Source: an uncultured Burkholderiales bacterium
Lineage (GTDB): Bacteria > Pseudomonadota > Gammaproteobacteria > Burkholderiales > Burkholderiaceae_C
Length of the DNA: 64,000 nucleotides
Direction: 5' to 3'
Assembly (NCBI GenBank): GCA_903842945.1
Contig: CAIMNS010000049.1
Coordinates: 4,759-68,758, forward strand
The notes beneath the pieces were generated by a model that saw only the letters and a list, made by a program, of their open reading frames with translations, was not told the origin of the DNA and did no database searches. Shown here one piece after another: positions 63,504 to 64,000 of this stretch (position 1 is the first letter of the stretch; every line of letters begins with the position of its first letter). Made by a program: the position numbers and the translations under genes.

Positions 63504-63601
63504 GGTTCAACTTATAAACGATCATAAAAATCTGGTCAACTTTGTGCCTCATCAAGCGATCGATTGACAGGTCCGTTCACTCAAGCCTTTGGGCACCCAA
63601 C

Positions 63602-64000
63602 ATGTTCCATTCAATTGTTGATAGAAGATTTCTTGCTGTTTTGGCGCTGGGACTGGCTGGTGTAGGTCTTTCAGATGCGCAAGTTCAAGTACAAGGCCAA
63701 AACCAAAACCAAAATCCGCTTGCCAATGACGCCGAGTCCAAGGTGGTCAAGGTGGCTTTCAGTGAGTTCTTTCAAATGCCTTTTGGCCCCAAGGGACTGA
63801 CCTTCACCAAAAAAGCCAAGGCTTTGGTGGGCCAAAGGGTGAGCATCACGGGGTACATGGTCAAGATGGAGCAGCCGATAGCGGGTCAGTTCATCTTGTC
63901 GCCTCGCCCGGTTGAGATCAACGACCATGCGGACGGAGACGCCAACGATTTACCAGCCCATGCAGTGCTGGTCTTGCTGGACACAGTTCAGGCTGAGGCC
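63602..64000 (+). CDS. Secreted hypothetical protein (truncated by window end)
   Basis: Not in the ORF track. MFHSIVDRRFLAVLALGLAGVGLSDA-QVQ...FSEFFQMPFGPKGL...GQRVSITGYMV...FILSPRPV...DGDANDLP, open to the window edge. Confidence 0.8.
   Translation, partial: MFHSIVDRRFLAVLALGLAGVGLSDAQVQVQGQNQNQNPLANDAESKVVKVAFSEFFQMPFGPKGLTFTKKAKALVGQRVSITGYMVKMEQPIAGQFILSPRPVEINDHADGDANDLPAHAVLVLLDTVQAEA

Noticed and set aside
63697-63714. (CCAAAA)3 repeat
   Set aside because: In-frame low-complexity linker (QNQNQN).

Overview
Chromosomal window from a Burkholderiales (Comamonadaceae-like) betaproteobacterium. The taxonomy is inferred from gene content and order: ilvIHC, psd-pssA-leuA, the ECF sigma/DUF3619/DUF3106/RDD cluster, and aat-ate. 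A housekeeping backbone is interleaved with a dense phosphate-starvation toolkit: two tandem PhoA alkaline phosphatases divergent from ppk2, a complete C-P lyase cluster with a PhnZ-like HD enzyme, and a ~13 kb block between ilvC and psd. That block has a left arm (btaA, an uncharacterised GNAT/FemAB-like gene, nupC, with no btaB), a right arm (TatT-TatP-DctQM TPAT transporter plus an NPP-family phosphodiesterase), and an exbD-tonB-TBDR-exbB unit. Eight promoters carry a Pho-box-like 7-4-7 repeat followed exactly 10 bp later by a -10-like hexamer; five of these hexamers are TAnnnT and three are weaker. The best candidate for an undescribed system is this apparently Pho-controlled block, which may import and strip organophosphate/phospholipid and build a non-canonical P-free aminolipid. 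These functional interpretations are inference. I saw no CRISPR array, rRNA, tRNA, integrase or transposase. All family assignments come from motif recognition by eye, not database searches.
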